A stretch of 64,000 nt of DNA from an uncultured virus (IMG/VR IMGVR_UViG_3300035080_000019) (taxonomy: Duplodnaviria; Heunggongvirae; Uroviricota; Caudoviricetes): IMG/VR virus record IMGVR_UViG_3300035080_000019. One strand, 5' to 3'. A program made the translations under genes and the position numbers. Under the pieces are notes generated by a model. That model did no database searches. It worked only from the letters and a program-made list of their open reading frames with translations, and had not been told where the DNA came from. This document shows positions 18,967 through 29,112 of the stretch, piece after piece. Position 1 is the first letter of the stretch; each line of letters starts with the position of its first letter.

Positions 18967-20267
18967 TGTTCTGTCACCTTGTCTTGTGAAAGCCAGGCAT
19001 TGAGCGCCTGGCGAACTTGGGTAGCGCCATCGGCACCCAGGCCCAGCTGGTCGATGGGTAGTAGATTCGATTGCACGGTCAGGACATCGGCCTGACCACC
19101 ATGGACCGGCAGGTTCTCCAGGCGCCGGCATTCGTCGCGGGTCATGATCCCGTTCTGCACCATCTGGCTGTAGAAAGCGGATCGGGCCTTGCTATCACCA
19201 CGCAGCAAGCCTTCGAGCGCGATCTCTGCGTAGTAACGGAGCTTCTCTTCCGGGCGCAGCAGATCCTTACGGATGGCCTGCTCCACCTTCACGGCCCACG
19301 GACGCATGGCCAGCGTGACCAACCAGGTCATCTTCTCTTCGAGGCCCGTGCCCCAGTTACTGTCCTTGCCGCCATGGCCCACCAATGAGGGGTCCACCCG
19401 GTACCAGCGGCAGATCTCCTCGATGTTGAATTTGCGGGTCGACAGCAGTTCGGCATCCTGTGGATTCATCTTCAACTGCTGGAAGCCGGCCCCCTTCTCC
19501 ATCACCATCACGCTGCCGGTCTTCTGCACCTTGTCGACGTGCTGGCGAATGTCCTCTCGCTGCTCTGCCTTCAGTACCGAGTCCATCATCACCAGGCCGG
19601 GTGATTTGAGGCCATTGGTAAATGTCTCGGCGCTTGCCTTATCCGCAGCCAAGGCGGCGCCGAAGACGTTTGCGCCGTAGGAAATCGGAGACAGGCCATC
19701 GACCCCATTCAGGGTGAAAGCTGGCACCTCCCATTGATTGGCAGGGGCGATCACGCGCGACGTGCCGAAAATCGGATCGTTGTAGTGCCACTCATAGACC
19801 CCCGGCGCAATGCGGCGACGTGAAATGCACTCCGGCACCAGCGGGATCAGCGAGGTGATGGTGCGCCCCGACATCCGTTTCTCGACCCTGGCATACCCGT
19901 GCAGCAACATGCTGGCCATGAAGACCTGCCAGAAGGTAGAGGCCGTCATATCCGCATTCGGCTGGGTATGGATCAGGTAATAGAGCTGGTGATCGCTGGC
20001 GGCAACCGGCGTGCCGTTCTTGTCCTTCTCGTACAAGCCGAAGGGCAGCGTCGAGATCACCTCGGAGAGCAGGCGAACGCACGCCATCGCCGTGCTCAAC
20101 TGCAGGGTCGAATTGACGGTCACTCGCTGGCCAGAAAAGTTGTTGCCCAACCAACCTCGCCAGAACTCCCCATCCGTCAACTTGATCTCTCGACCAAGCC
20201 AGCCAGAGACTGCCCCAGCCACCGCCGACTTCATACGGCGGGACCATGTTTGTTTATCTGTTTTCAT
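18963..20267 (-). CDS. Portal protein, HK97 family
   Basis: GLSPI, EEICRWYRV.P, LLRGD, MT.DE.R.LENLP motifs. Confidence 0.92.
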   Translation of the reverse strand: MKTDKQTWSRRMKSAVAGAVSGWLGREIKLTDGEFWRGWLGNNFSGQRVTVNSTLQLSTAMACVRLLSEVISTLPFGLYEKDKNGTPVAASDHQLYYLIHTQPNADMTASTFWQVFMASMLLHGYARVEKRMSGRTITSLIPLVPECISRRRIAPGVYEWHYNDPIFGTSRVIAPANQWEVPAFTLNGVDGLSPISYGANVFGAALAADKASAETFTNGLKSPGLVMMDSVLKAEQREDIRQHVDKVQKTGSVMVMEKGAGFQQLKMNPQDAELLSTRKFNIEEICRWYRVDPSLVGHGGKDSNWGTGLEEKMTWLVTLAMRPWAVKVEQAIRKDLLRPEEKLRYYAEIALEGLLRGDSKARSAFYSQMVQNGIMTRDECRRLENLPVHGGQADVLTVQSNLLPIDQLGLGADGATQVRQALNAWLSQDKVTEQ

Positions 20268-22000
20268 GCAATGATCGGATTCTTCAAAAAGTCGTCCAGG
20301 TCGCCGGAGTCCTCGGGCTCGCCGAGTGTCCCGCCAACCGCCATGACCGCTGCGACGAGGCCATCGACGCGGCCTGTTGCTTTATCCTTCGCAATCTTTC
20401 GGTTACCTGCTGGATCGGTAATCAACACCGCATTGGCCGCGCACCAGGTCATCACCGGATTGCCGTCATGACGCAGGCGCTGGTCCAGCAACATCCGTTC
20501 AAACTCATCGATGGCCGGCGCGATGTCCTTGTAGCCCTGCCCAAATGGCAGAAGGGGTGGCAATGCCACCCCTTCTCGGTTGATCAGATGCTGGAAGTCT
20601 TCCAGTCGCCAACGATCACAATGGATCGCTCGTAAGTCGAATGCTGCTGTCAGCGCTGCGGCCCGGTTGAGCACCGCGAGGCGGTCCACCGCCCGGCCCG
20701 GCAGCGCTTCCAGGTAACCAGCATCCCGCCAGACCAGATAGGGAACCCGATCTTTCTCGGCTTTGAGGTGCAAGCCATCGCCCGGCAACCAGAAAAACGG
20801 GATGATCCGCGTCACAGGATCTTCCGGGATGGGATCAAGGGCCAGTACCAGCGCGGTCAAGTCCTGAGTGCTGGACAGATCCAGGCCAGCCACGCCGGCC
20901 CGACCGTAATATGCCTCCAGCGGTAGCTTCTCTTCGTCCTGGCAACCGAACCAGATATCAGCCGATATCCAGGGACTGCCTGCCTCCGTCCACTGGCAGA
21001 AGTTCAGCCGTCGCACGATGGCCTCTTTCGAGGGCATCCCGCGTGCATCCGTGACCTGCTCGCGCAGATACTTCAGACCAGGAATGCCGACTGACAAGCT
21101 TGGGTTCGCCTTCTCCCAACAGCTCTCATCCTTGAATGGATCGTCCCCTTCATCTAGCGAACAGATGAAGGCGAAGAAACCATCGTTCTCCGCGGTTCCG
21201 GCTGCGACCTTGCAGCCGTATTCGTGATAGCTCCAGCAGACCGACTGCTTGTCGGTACCGGAGTTGGTGATCATGAAGATCAGCGCCTGCTGCCGACTCT
21301 TCGTGCCGGCCCGCATCATCTCGATCACCAGGGGCGACTTGTGCTCATGCACTTCGTCAATCAGGGCCATGTGCGGGCGCGGACCAGACTGGCCATCATC
21401 CGCACTGATCGTTCGGAAGAAGCTGGACGTGGCGTGATACGCCAGATTGAATTCCTTGCCCTTGCTGCCCGAGGTCACCAAGCGCGCAGCCAACTGGGGC
21501 GACTGCTCGTACATCGCAATGGCATCCCGGAACAGGATCTGCGCTTGTTCTTTCTTGGTCGCTGCCGCATACACCTCGGCGCGCTGTTCGCGGTCGGCAG
21601 TCAGTCCGAAGAGGCCGACGCCGGCCGCGAGCGGCGACTTGCCGCTGCCCTTCGCTGTCTCGATATAAGCCACACGGAAGCGGCGCAGACCATCCGCCCC
21701 CATCCAGCCGAACAAGCTACCGACGACAAAGCACTGCCAGCCGATGAGCAAGAACGGACTGCCCTCGAAGGAGCCACCATTCAGGCAGAGCACCTCTTCG
21801 AAGAAGGCGATGGCATGATTGGCCGCATCCAGATCCCAGCGCAGGCCACGCTTCTTCCCTTCCTTCAAGTCGCGCAGATGGCGCTTGCACGCGTGCCGGA
21901 CATCCGGCCCGGCCACCACCTTCCCCTTGACGACGGCACGTGCGTAGTCAGTGGTACGGTCAGTCGCCGAAGAACTTGTTCGCGGTTTCCTTGGGCTCAT
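20264..22000 (-). CDS. Terminase large subunit
   Basis: Walker A KGSGKS, IDEVHEH, GLDLS...D, RVDG.VA motifs. Confidence 0.92.
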   Translation of the reverse strand: MSPRKPRTSSSATDRTTDYARAVVKGKVVAGPDVRHACKRHLRDLKEGKKRGLRWDLDAANHAIAFFEEVLCLNGGSFEGSPFLLIGWQCFVVGSLFGWMGADGLRRFRVAYIETAKGSGKSPLAAGVGLFGLTADREQRAEVYAAATKKEQAQILFRDAIAMYEQSPQLAARLVTSGSKGKEFNLAYHATSSFFRTISADDGQSGPRPHMALIDEVHEHKSPLVIEMMRAGTKSRQQALIFMITNSGTDKQSVCWSYHEYGCKVAAGTAENDGFFAFICSLDEGDDPFKDESCWEKANPSLSVGIPGLKYLREQVTDARGMPSKEAIVRRLNFCQWTEAGSPWISADIWFGCQDEEKLPLEAYYGRAGVAGLDLSSTQDLTALVLALDPIPEDPVTRIIPFFWLPGDGLHLKAEKDRVPYLVWRDAGYLEALPGRAVDRLAVLNRAAALTAAFDLRAIHCDRWRLEDFQHLINREGVALPPLLPFGQGYKDIAPAIDEFERMLLDQRLRHDGNPVMTWCAANAVLITDPAGNRKIAKDKATGRVDGLVAAVMAVGGTLGEPEDSGDLDDFLKNPIIA

Positions 22001-22475
22001 TGGGGAAAAGCTCCCCTTGGGGAGGATTAACGTTCAGGCGCATACGCGCCGATGGGTTCAGGCCGAACGAAGCACCGGCCGTGCGCATACGATCCTCGGC
22101 ACGGTTCGATATCTGCATCCAGACGGACATTTGCTTGTAGCCGCTGGGCGTCATCTCGGAAAAACCCAGCTCGCCGAGCGCGGTAATCTTTTCGCGGGCG
22201 TACTTCCAGTCGCCCCAGGCCTGGCAGTAGACCGCCAGCTCGGCCCGGTCCACGCGAGACAGCAGGCCCATGACCAGCAAATCAGCGACGATGCGCTGCC
22301 ATTCTTCGCGAGCATCAGGCGAGAGAAACTCGGGACACTCGGGCGGCGCAGCCGGCGCAACGACCGGGCGGCCGGCGCCAGCCAGTTCAGCCGCGCTTTT
22401 TTTACTGCGATTGCCGCCAATCAGATGCAAGGCTGCTGGCAGCGGCTTGCGGCCAGAGTTGGAATTGCCAGCCAT
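21960..22475 (-). CDS. Terminase small subunit, P27-like
   Basis: GRKP.P, P..L...A..EW, FGLNPSAR motifs. Confidence 0.88.
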   Translation of the reverse strand: MAGNSNSGRKPLPAALHLIGGNRSKKSAAELAGAGRPVVAPAAPPECPEFLSPDAREEWQRIVADLLVMGLLSRVDRAELAVYCQAWGDWKYAREKITALGELGFSEMTPSGYKQMSVWMQISNRAEDRMRTAGASFGLNPSARMRLNVNPPQGELFPNEPKETANKFFGD

Positions 22476-22494
22476 GATGACCTCCTATGTCGAG

Positions 22495-22595
22495 ATACCC
22501 CCCTCCCATATTTCCCGCTCTAACAAAAAACGGGAGGCGAGCGGTGTGGAAGAGGCGCGGCCGGAACTTTCGACCCGCCCCTGCCCCTTCTTGTT
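22495..22595 (-). other. Probable cos region of prophage 1
   Basis: Non-coding G-rich segment GGGGCGGGTCGAAAGTT...GGGAGGGGG between HNH and terS, the usual cos position; cut site not determinable. Confidence 0.4.
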
Positions 22596-22681
22596 GTAAA
22601 AAAGAAACTTTTTTGGAAAATTGCAATGTTTGGTGATCACGGCCGCAACCCCAGTCCGGGCGGGCCTTTGCGGGCGATGCT

Positions 22682-22927
22682 CTAGCCCTCGGCAACAGCC
22701 AGTACAACTGGCGGCATCGTTCCACCGAAGACCACCAGACCGACCGGCCTGCCGGCAACCAGCAAGGCGATCTCTTCGGCGCTTGCTTGCCAATACGAGA
22801 TCACAACCTGTTGTCCGTTGATTTCCGACCGAGTCACCGGTAATGCATTGCAAGCGATACGCTCCTGGTCCCAGCCAGCCGGCGCACCTAGTACGCCGTT
22901 GTTACTCGGGTGTGTAGTGAAGTTCAT
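22682..22927 (-). CDS. Hypothetical phage protein
   Basis: Coupled to the HNH stop; LGAP.GWD...C..LP and S.W....EE motifs. Confidence 0.6.
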   Translation of the reverse strand: MNFTTHPSNNGVLGAPAGWDQERIACNALPVTRSEINGQQVVISYWQASAEEIALLVAGRPVGLVVFGGTMPPVVLAVAEG

Positions 22928-23235
22928 TTCCGGTTCCAATGATGATTTCGATCTAAAGGCAGACCAGATTCGTCGCAGCCACGCATGACGCCACTCTTCT
23001 CAAGCTGCTGCTTCACCGAGTCGTGACAGGACTTACAGAGAGACTGGAGATTCGTCGGGTCGAAGAACTTGGCCTCATCACCACGGTGGGGATCAATGTG
23101 ATCCACGATAGTGGCGGCGGTAACGCGCCGCTGCTCCGCGCAAAACTTACATAACGGGTGCTTCTGAAGTTGGTAGTAACGCAAGCGATACCAGGCCTTC
23201 GTTCCATAAAGATGTCTATAAGCAGCCGCTGCCAT
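22924..23235 (-). CDS. Terminase-associated HNH endonuclease
   Basis: PLC.FC, VDHI.PHRGD, NLQSLC.SCH motifs. Confidence 0.9.
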   Translation of the reverse strand: MAAAAYRHLYGTKAWYRLRYYQLQKHPLCKFCAEQRRVTAATIVDHIDPHRGDEAKFFDPTNLQSLCKSCHDSVKQQLEKSGVMRGCDESGLPLDRNHHWNRK

Positions 23236-23509
23236 AACTACCGCGCAAGTTGGTTGTATAGACCATGCCACCAGTCGTGGTCGCATTGATGCTGATCGTG
23301 ATTTCCACGTCGCCCCATTCTGTCCAGATATCACCTAGGCCCTGCGAGCTATTCGCACCTATATCGACAAGCATGTAAACCACCGAATAAAAAGACCGCG
23401 ACGAGCGCGGCGAAATGTCCATCTTGAAACGCAGCTGAAAGCGTGCAGACGCACGCAGTATGACGGCTGCTAAAATTCGAACCACAGTCCAATTAAAAAA
23501 GGGGAATCT

Positions 23510-24514
23510 ATGGGAACTCAGAATCAAGAAGGCACACAGGAGCCGGTAAAGCAAGGCGACAAACTTATGCTGATTGCAGGATGCATTTTGGGGGCAGTCA
23601 TAATCGCCTGTCTTGCCTCAATTTACTGGAGAATGCATACGCCAATAGATCGCGAGAAGCTTGGTCAAATTGGTGACTACTACGGCGGTTTATTAAATCC
23701 GATCATAGCGCTAGCGACTGTCGGACTCGTGTTCATCACTTTACACATACAACGGGAAGAGTTGAAAGCTACGCAAAAGGAATTGGACCGGACACGAGCC
23801 ACAACAGAAGAGCAAAACCTTGCGATTAGACGCCAGGTCTTCGAACAGTCTTTTTTCTCACTCTTCAACAAATATCAGGACTTGGTGGCTACGAAAGAAT
23901 CCAAATACTTAAAGGCCAGCTATGAACAGGTCTTTCATCGCGAAACTCTCGAAGCAATAGCCCAAAAACATTTAGCAGATATCCCTTTTGCCCTCATGCA
24001 TTTTCAACAAAAGGACATTATCCAGCCCGACGGAGCAGGACAAATCATCCACGAGTACCGGAAACTCTGGAGCGATCACAACCTTCACCGTATGTCTTAC
24101 TTTTCTCTTGTTTTCACTGCTCTGCATCAGCTTCTCTACTGGATAGACTCGCAACCCCATACCGTGATTGGTGAAAGCGATAAACGACAGTTTGTCCAAA
24201 TTGTGCGAACCTACACCACGCCGATCGAACAAATGCATTTGCTCCTTTATATTCAAGACCGCCGCGACAGGTATCTGCCCCGACTGATCAACAAATATGG
24301 ATTCTTCCGCCAACTAGCGTCTGGCCCATTCCTTAAACAAGACGAGAATTACCCGGCTCTGTTCTATACCCAATACATGGGCATTTTGAATGACCATCTC
24401 GATGCTAATGATCCTTATCGCCTGGACGAGCAACAGGCCTTCGGACGCCCAATGAGAAAAGGGGTAATAGACAACATCGAAAAGTTCGATGCAATTGACC
24501 CTATGGAATACTGA
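23510..24514 (+). CDS. Membrane-anchored putative abortive-infection family protein (moron)
   Basis: Two TM helices with GQIGDYYGG..NP, then Q.EEL and Q.FE..FF.L; AT-rich; antisense to the late operon. Confidence 0.65.
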   Translation: MGTQNQEGTQEPVKQGDKLMLIAGCILGAVIIACLASIYWRMHTPIDREKLGQIGDYYGGLLNPIIALATVGLVFITLHIQREELKATQKELDRTRATTEEQNLAIRRQVFEQSFFSLFNKYQDLVATKESKYLKASYEQVFHRETLEAIAQKHLADIPFALMHFQQKDIIQPDGAGQIIHEYRKLWSDHNLHRMSYFSLVFTALHQLLYWIDSQPHTVIGESDKRQFVQIVRTYTTPIEQMHLLLYIQDRRDRYLPRLINKYGFFRQLASGPFLKQDENYPALFYTQYMGILNDHLDANDPYRLDEQQAFGRPMRKGVIDNIEKFDAIDPMEY

Positions 24515-24555
24515 AAAGCAAAAGCCCCGAACCATTAGTGGGCGGGGCTTTTCTT
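24515..24555. terminator. Bidirectional intrinsic terminator
   Basis: AAAAGCCCCG...CGGGGCTTTT between convergent genes. Confidence 0.6.
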
Positions 24556-24639
24556 AACTTGGTCGCCAAAATGCCTGCCATAAGGCAGACACTTCAAGGC
24601 ACGCAAAACGGCGGCGACGTAAATTTGTTGGATATAACT

Positions 24640-25086
24640 TTAGTCCCGCGCCTCCAGTTTGACAAGAGCCTGCTTCAAATTTTTTTCGGCTCTCAACCTG
24701 ACCTCACGAAGATGCGGCCCTCGAACACGGGCCCGGCGACGGATAACTGATGGTGGTAAGCACCACACGTACCAGGCCCGCAAGAGCTCACGCTCGTACT
24801 CGCTGCCGAGCGAGGCTACTGCCCGCTCGACAAGCCAACCATCTTTCGTGTCCGCACGCCGAGCAGAGTGACGGGCAAGAGACGTGGCGCCGATATTCTG
24901 GTCGGTATTCCGAAGCGCGATGTACTGACCGACCCATCCTGGGCCATCGTCACCAGCAGATCGTCCACCACTCCGAAGACACTCTCGCCAGTTTTGCAAC
25001 CGGGAGAAAAGCGCCGGATCACTACCGTCTAAGTCGTCGGCCAGGGTTTCAGCTAGTTGATGGAAATTGCGGAGTTCATCAGCCAT
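24640..25086 (-). CDS. Putative late-gene regulator (Q-like antiterminator)
   Basis: RL.NW, D..LVE.AV, LL..WYV pattern; last early gene before the packaging genes. Confidence 0.55.
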   Translation of the reverse strand: MADELRNFHQLAETLADDLDGSDPALFSRLQNWRECLRSGGRSAGDDGPGWVGQYIALRNTDQNIGATSLARHSARRADTKDGWLVERAVASLGSEYERELLRAWYVWCLPPSVIRRRARVRGPHLREVRLRAEKNLKQALVKLEARD

Positions 25087-25108
25087 GACGACCTCCCATC
25101 TTGGCTAC

Positions 25109-25365
25109 TGTCCCAGTTGTCCCAGTTGTCCCAGTGAAAAGGCAGGGGACGCGCACACGCGTATACGCGCGGGCACGCGCCCTCGCACATGTACGCACGC
25201 ACACACACACGAGGCAAACCACTGGGACAACTGGGACAGCTGGGACAGCTGGGACAGATTTCGCTGCGCTGTCCCAGTCCTGTCCCAGTGAATCAAAATA
25301 CTGGGACAACCCAGTATTTACGGGCCTGTCCCAGTCCTGTCCCAGTGAATCGAAAGACTGGGACA
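25109..25365. repeat. Iteron array, probable replication origin
   Basis: 13 copies of TGTCCCAG (7 forward, 6 reverse) directly downstream of the primase-helicase. Confidence 0.75.
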
Positions 25366-25391
25366 GCACGAAAATTCCTTGGCGGATAGCA

Positions 25392-27899
25392 TCAGACCGG
25401 ATCATCTTCAGCCTCCTCATGCGCGCCTGCACTGTTGGCCGCGTCCGGCTCCCCGCGCACATAGATCCAATCGCGACTACCTGCTTTGCTCGGACCTCGC
25501 TTACGAACCCAACCTAACTGCCCCAAGCTACGGCCGACGCGTTGCTGCTCGGGCATCGTCCATTTGGACATATCGAGCTTCAGGATGTTTTGCAAAACAT
25601 CTGTCACGCTGGTTTGCGACTTACCCAGCAGGCCAGCAGCGATAACCTCGGTGTACGCATCGCTCACGAAGCGCGCTTCCTGCTGCTCACGGAACAGCGG
25701 CACATCATCGGGCGTCTCCCAATACGGCTCACCGGCCCGGAATGCTATCACGGCTTCTGCCCATAGTTGATCCCTGGCAGCAGCAAGCCCATCAAGATTA
25801 ATCTCAATAGCTCGTACTGGCCAATAACGGCGGTTGCCGGTTTCATCCTTCAGGTAGACGTATTTATTCGTGCTCCCCGCAAAAACCTGCTGGCGCGGCA
25901 CGTCGCTGGCCCGCTTCCCATAGAAGTCGCGGTACCGGTCGACATACTGGCCGAAGAACTGCTTGGCCGCCTCAGAATCGGCCTTGTTAAACGAATCCAG
26001 CTCGGCCAGCTCGATGAACCACTTGCCGCGCATGATCGAATAGGTATCTTTGTTCTCGAACCGCAGCGGGGCATCGGTGAACCATTCCCCTGCTAGCGTC
26101 TTGAGGGCGGTTGACTTCTTCAGACCTTGGGTTCCTTCCAGAATCAGCACGTTATCCATCTTGCATCCTGGCTTGTAGATGCGGGCCACTGCGCCGATCA
26201 TGAACTTGCGTGATACCCGGCGTACATACTCAATATCCTCGGCCCCAAGGTAGTCGATCATCCACATCGACAACCGCTCTTTTCCGTCCCACACGAGTGG
26301 GTCGAGGTAGTCGCGCACCACGTGCCGCGATTGTGCATCGGCAGCCAGCAGCACTCCCTTCATCACCACGTCTTCTCGAGGATGAAAGGAATACTTCCTC
26401 TGTATCCAAAGAGTCGCTCGCAGGTCGTCCTTATCGGTCCACTCGCCAATCTCACCGCGCGGAAACGGTGGAGCCTTAGCCTTGACCACCTGGCCGCTGA
26501 ATTCGTCGTACACAATCACCCCCTCCCAATCGGGAGAATTGAGCAGGACGTCCACCACGTTGCTCAGAACAGGAAGAATCTGCCCTTTGTCATTGCGGAC
26601 GAGGTGCGCCTCCCAAGTGAGCTCGGAATTCTCATGCTCGGCCCCCATAGGCCCCGTCTCAGAGTGGATCACCTTCTCCGCGGCAGCGATGTTCGCGGCC
26701 GGCGCCGCCACCGAGCGCGCAAGCTCCTTCTCGGCCTGCGCGGCTTTGACCACCAGTGGCGTGAGCGCGCACAGAACCGCGGCCGACAGCTGCTGGGCGC
26801 ACGCTTCCAGGCCTTCGACACAATGGAGGTCATTCCAATCGGTCCACTTGTTCTCACCGCGATCCGCAAACTCGGGCACCACCACGGAGGCATTACCAAT
26901 CACCTGCGCGGCTTCATGGGCTTTGACCAGTCCGGTATTCTCGTACCGTAAGGTGCGCGTGAATCCATCGCCAGCGATGCCAACCTCGATAAATCGGAGT
27001 TCGCCTATGCCTTGACACCAGCTAGCGGTAACCTGGTATTCCCCGTCCTTCCCGGGATGCACACGCTGCTGTCCGTCGATGACCACGCCATCGATGCCAT
27101 ACTGCTGCGATAGATCCTTGGAGACGCGAGGCTCAAATGCGAAGTCATCATCAGCGCAAATAAGGATATGCGCGTCAGGATGTCGGGCGCGGACGCCCTG
27201 AAGAACTGGCAAGAGGTTCCCCGCATCGAAGGCAACGAAGCCGGCTACGGTATCCTTCAGTGCCATTCGCACGCTGCGTGCCGTTGCGTAGCCTTCGGCG
27301 ATGAAGAGAACCTTCTCATCCGGGCCGGCCTTGCCAATCGGGCAAAAGGCCCCGGCTTTGGCCATCCCCTTGTTGAATGTCTTCGAACCATCTTCGGCGA
27401 TCTTCTGCAGACCTACCAGGTCCAGGCCGTCGCCCACATGTTTGAGCATAGGAACAAGCAGAGTGCCATCAGCCAGGAACCTAAGCCCAGGCGTGGTGAT
27501 TTGCTTACGGAGCGCATAGAGCGACTCGCCCACGGACGATGCCTCCATCCACTGCTGACGTGCGCGGTTGGCAGCATATTTGGCTCGCTCCTGCTGACGC
27601 TCCCGCTCGCGCGCATCCTGCTCGCGCTGGCGGCGCTCCAGCTCGGCACGCTCATGGTCTGAAATTTCAGCCCAATCTGCCTCGATTTTGGTCGAGTAGT
27701 TATTGGTGCCCTGCCAAGTGCCATAGGCCCCATGGACAGACCATGAGCCATTTGCGCGCCGTATCTCGTGCAGCACGTACCAGCTTTTCTTCCCTGGCCC
27801 GAACCGCCAAATTCGGCCATCGGTACGAGGATGCCCATCCGGCAGGGCGGGAAGGCCTGCGGCACGCATCTGCTGTACCGCTTGATCCAGTGTTGTCAA
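25392..27899 (-). CDS. Primase (TOPRIM) fused to a VirE/VapE-type helicase
   Basis: IAEGYATA, CADDD, TDWNDL; Walker A GTQGLKKST; D.TGNRRYWP; probable TTG start. Confidence 0.88.
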   Translation of the reverse strand: MTTLDQAVQQMRAAGLPALPDGHPRTDGRIWRFGPGKKSWYVLHEIRRANGSWSVHGAYGTWQGTNNYSTKIEADWAEISDHERAELERRQREQDARERERQQERAKYAANRARQQWMEASSVGESLYALRKQITTPGLRFLADGTLLVPMLKHVGDGLDLVGLQKIAEDGSKTFNKGMAKAGAFCPIGKAGPDEKVLFIAEGYATARSVRMALKDTVAGFVAFDAGNLLPVLQGVRARHPDAHILICADDDFAFEPRVSKDLSQQYGIDGVVIDGQQRVHPGKDGEYQVTASWCQGIGELRFIEVGIAGDGFTRTLRYENTGLVKAHEAAQVIGNASVVVPEFADRGENKWTDWNDLHCVEGLEACAQQLSAAVLCALTPLVVKAAQAEKELARSVAAPAANIAAAEKVIHSETGPMGAEHENSELTWEAHLVRNDKGQILPVLSNVVDVLLNSPDWEGVIVYDEFSGQVVKAKAPPFPRGEIGEWTDKDDLRATLWIQRKYSFHPREDVVMKGVLLAADAQSRHVVRDYLDPLVWDGKERLSMWMIDYLGAEDIEYVRRVSRKFMIGAVARIYKPGCKMDNVLILEGTQGLKKSTALKTLAGEWFTDAPLRFENKDTYSIMRGKWFIELAELDSFNKADSEAAKQFFGQYVDRYRDFYGKRASDVPRQQVFAGSTNKYVYLKDETGNRRYWPVRAIEINLDGLAAARDQLWAEAVIAFRAGEPYWETPDDVPLFREQQEARFVSDAYTEVIAAGLLGKSQTSVTDVLQNILKLDMSKWTMPEQQRVGRSLGQLGWVRKRGPSKAGSRDWIYVRGEPDAANSAGAHEEAEDDPV

Positions 27900-27961
27900 A
27901 CTCTCACCCCTGAAGTAATGAAGGATAATGTGGCTCTCAACCACAACAAAAGGAGAACCTC

Positions 27962-28195
27962 ATGCCTACCTTCCAAATGCTCAAAGACCAGGAGGCCAGG
28001 ACCGTTGCAGAGAGCACCACGCAGGTTTTCAATGCGTTGATCTGCTGCCTTTCCCGTCAAGGCATCAACCCTTTGCAACTTATTTCTGATTTGGAGGAAT
28101 ACCATGCGACCCATCAGGAGACCGGTGGGTTAAATCCAGTTGCTGATGAGACGATGACGCGCATTTTTGTGTCACTGGGCGCTGCACTTCGCTAA
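27962..28195 (+). CDS. Small antisense hypothetical protein (copy 1 of a possible paralogue set)
   Basis: AGGAG RBS; fills the intergenic gap; similar to 31138-31407. Confidence 0.5.
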   Translation: MPTFQMLKDQEARTVAESTTQVFNALICCLSRQGINPLQLISDLEEYHATHQETGGLNPVADETMTRIFVSLGAALR

Positions 28196-28276
28196 GAATC
28201 AGGAAGGCTCTAGCCGCAACGGTCTCGCACTGGGTAAAAGCATCCTCGACGTTTTTCATTGGAATCACAATTCTTC

Positions 28277-28507
28277 CTACTTGTTGCGCGCCGCTTTACG
28301 CAGCTCGTGTTGTCTCAAAATCCGCTGACGCAGATCGGCAACGAACTGATCTGCATCGGCGGCCGCATCCTGGCCTGCCGCCTTCGCCCGCTTTGACCGC
28401 ATGAGTTCAAGGAACTCGATACGGGCAGCCTTGGAGGGCATATCGAGGATGTGCCGAGCCAGGCAGTCCAGTTGCCAATCCAGCGACCTGGTATCCGTGG
28501 CCATCAA
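28277..28507 (-). CDS. Hypothetical phage early protein
   Basis: Coupled to the cII stop; CLAR.IL.M....R..FL motif. Confidence 0.6.
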   Translation of the reverse strand: MMATDTRSLDWQLDCLARHILDMPSKAARIEFLELMRSKRAKAAGQDAAADADQFVADLRQRILRQHELRKAARNK

Positions 28508-29037
28508 CGCCCCTTGGCGGCCTTCTTCTGCGCCTGCAGAGCGCCATCGCGCTCAGCGCGCTGGCGGACGCGCTCGCGCCACTCTCCCAAGGCGGACATG
28601 CCCTGGGCGAAATTCTTCTCGATGAGATCCAGCTCTTGCGCAGTGATGCGCCCATCTTCTAGCGCGACGGAGACAGTCTCGGCGACCTGGCCAATTTCCT
28701 TCATCACCCGATAGACGGTGCCTAGTAGCTGCTCATCATCCTGATCGTCGACGTCCGGCATTCGGAAAGCCGCCATGCCATGGCGTGCATTGAAAGCCTG
28801 CAAAGGCTGGAGTGCATCCTTCACCCTCGCCCCTTCGCAAAATTCCAGAACCTCGCTGACTTCCTCGAAGCTCATTGCATGGGTGGCGATTTCAGGCCGT
28901 AGCTTGTTTCGCAAAGTGTTCGGCGATTTGCCCATACGTGCAGCTAAGGCTTCAATCCCCCCCGGATAGGCACGGGCGATTCGATAGAGCGCATCGTGCT
29001 GATTCATTTCAAGATGACGATGGGTCACGGTAAACAT
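28504..29037 (-). CDS. Phage CII-family regulatory protein
   Basis: YPGG..ALA.RMG.S..TL.NKL.P; KE.G.V......L.DG.IT..E. Confidence 0.8.
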   Translation of the reverse strand: MFTVTHRHLEMNQHDALYRIARAYPGGIEALAARMGKSPNTLRNKLRPEIATHAMSFEEVSEVLEFCEGARVKDALQPLQAFNARHGMAAFRMPDVDDQDDEQLLGTVYRVMKEIGQVAETVSVALEDGRITAQELDLIEKNFAQGMSALGEWRERVRQRAERDGALQAQKKAAKGR

Positions 29038-29112
29038 CTCCTTTTTTTACCGTCGCCACGGGTCAGGACCGCTGTTAACCTGCGGGCCGTACTAATGACG
29101 CGGGGGAACAAA

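Noticed and set aside
23216..23422. Small ORF upstream of HNH (MDISPRSS...)
   Set aside because: No clear RBS or motif; the region may instead hold the late promoter, so it is not called
25109..25365. CRISPR array or coding repeat
   Set aside because: Repeats are 8-9 bp in both orientations with no unique 30-40 bp spacers and no cas genes; the overlapping ORFs are low-complexity translations of the repeats
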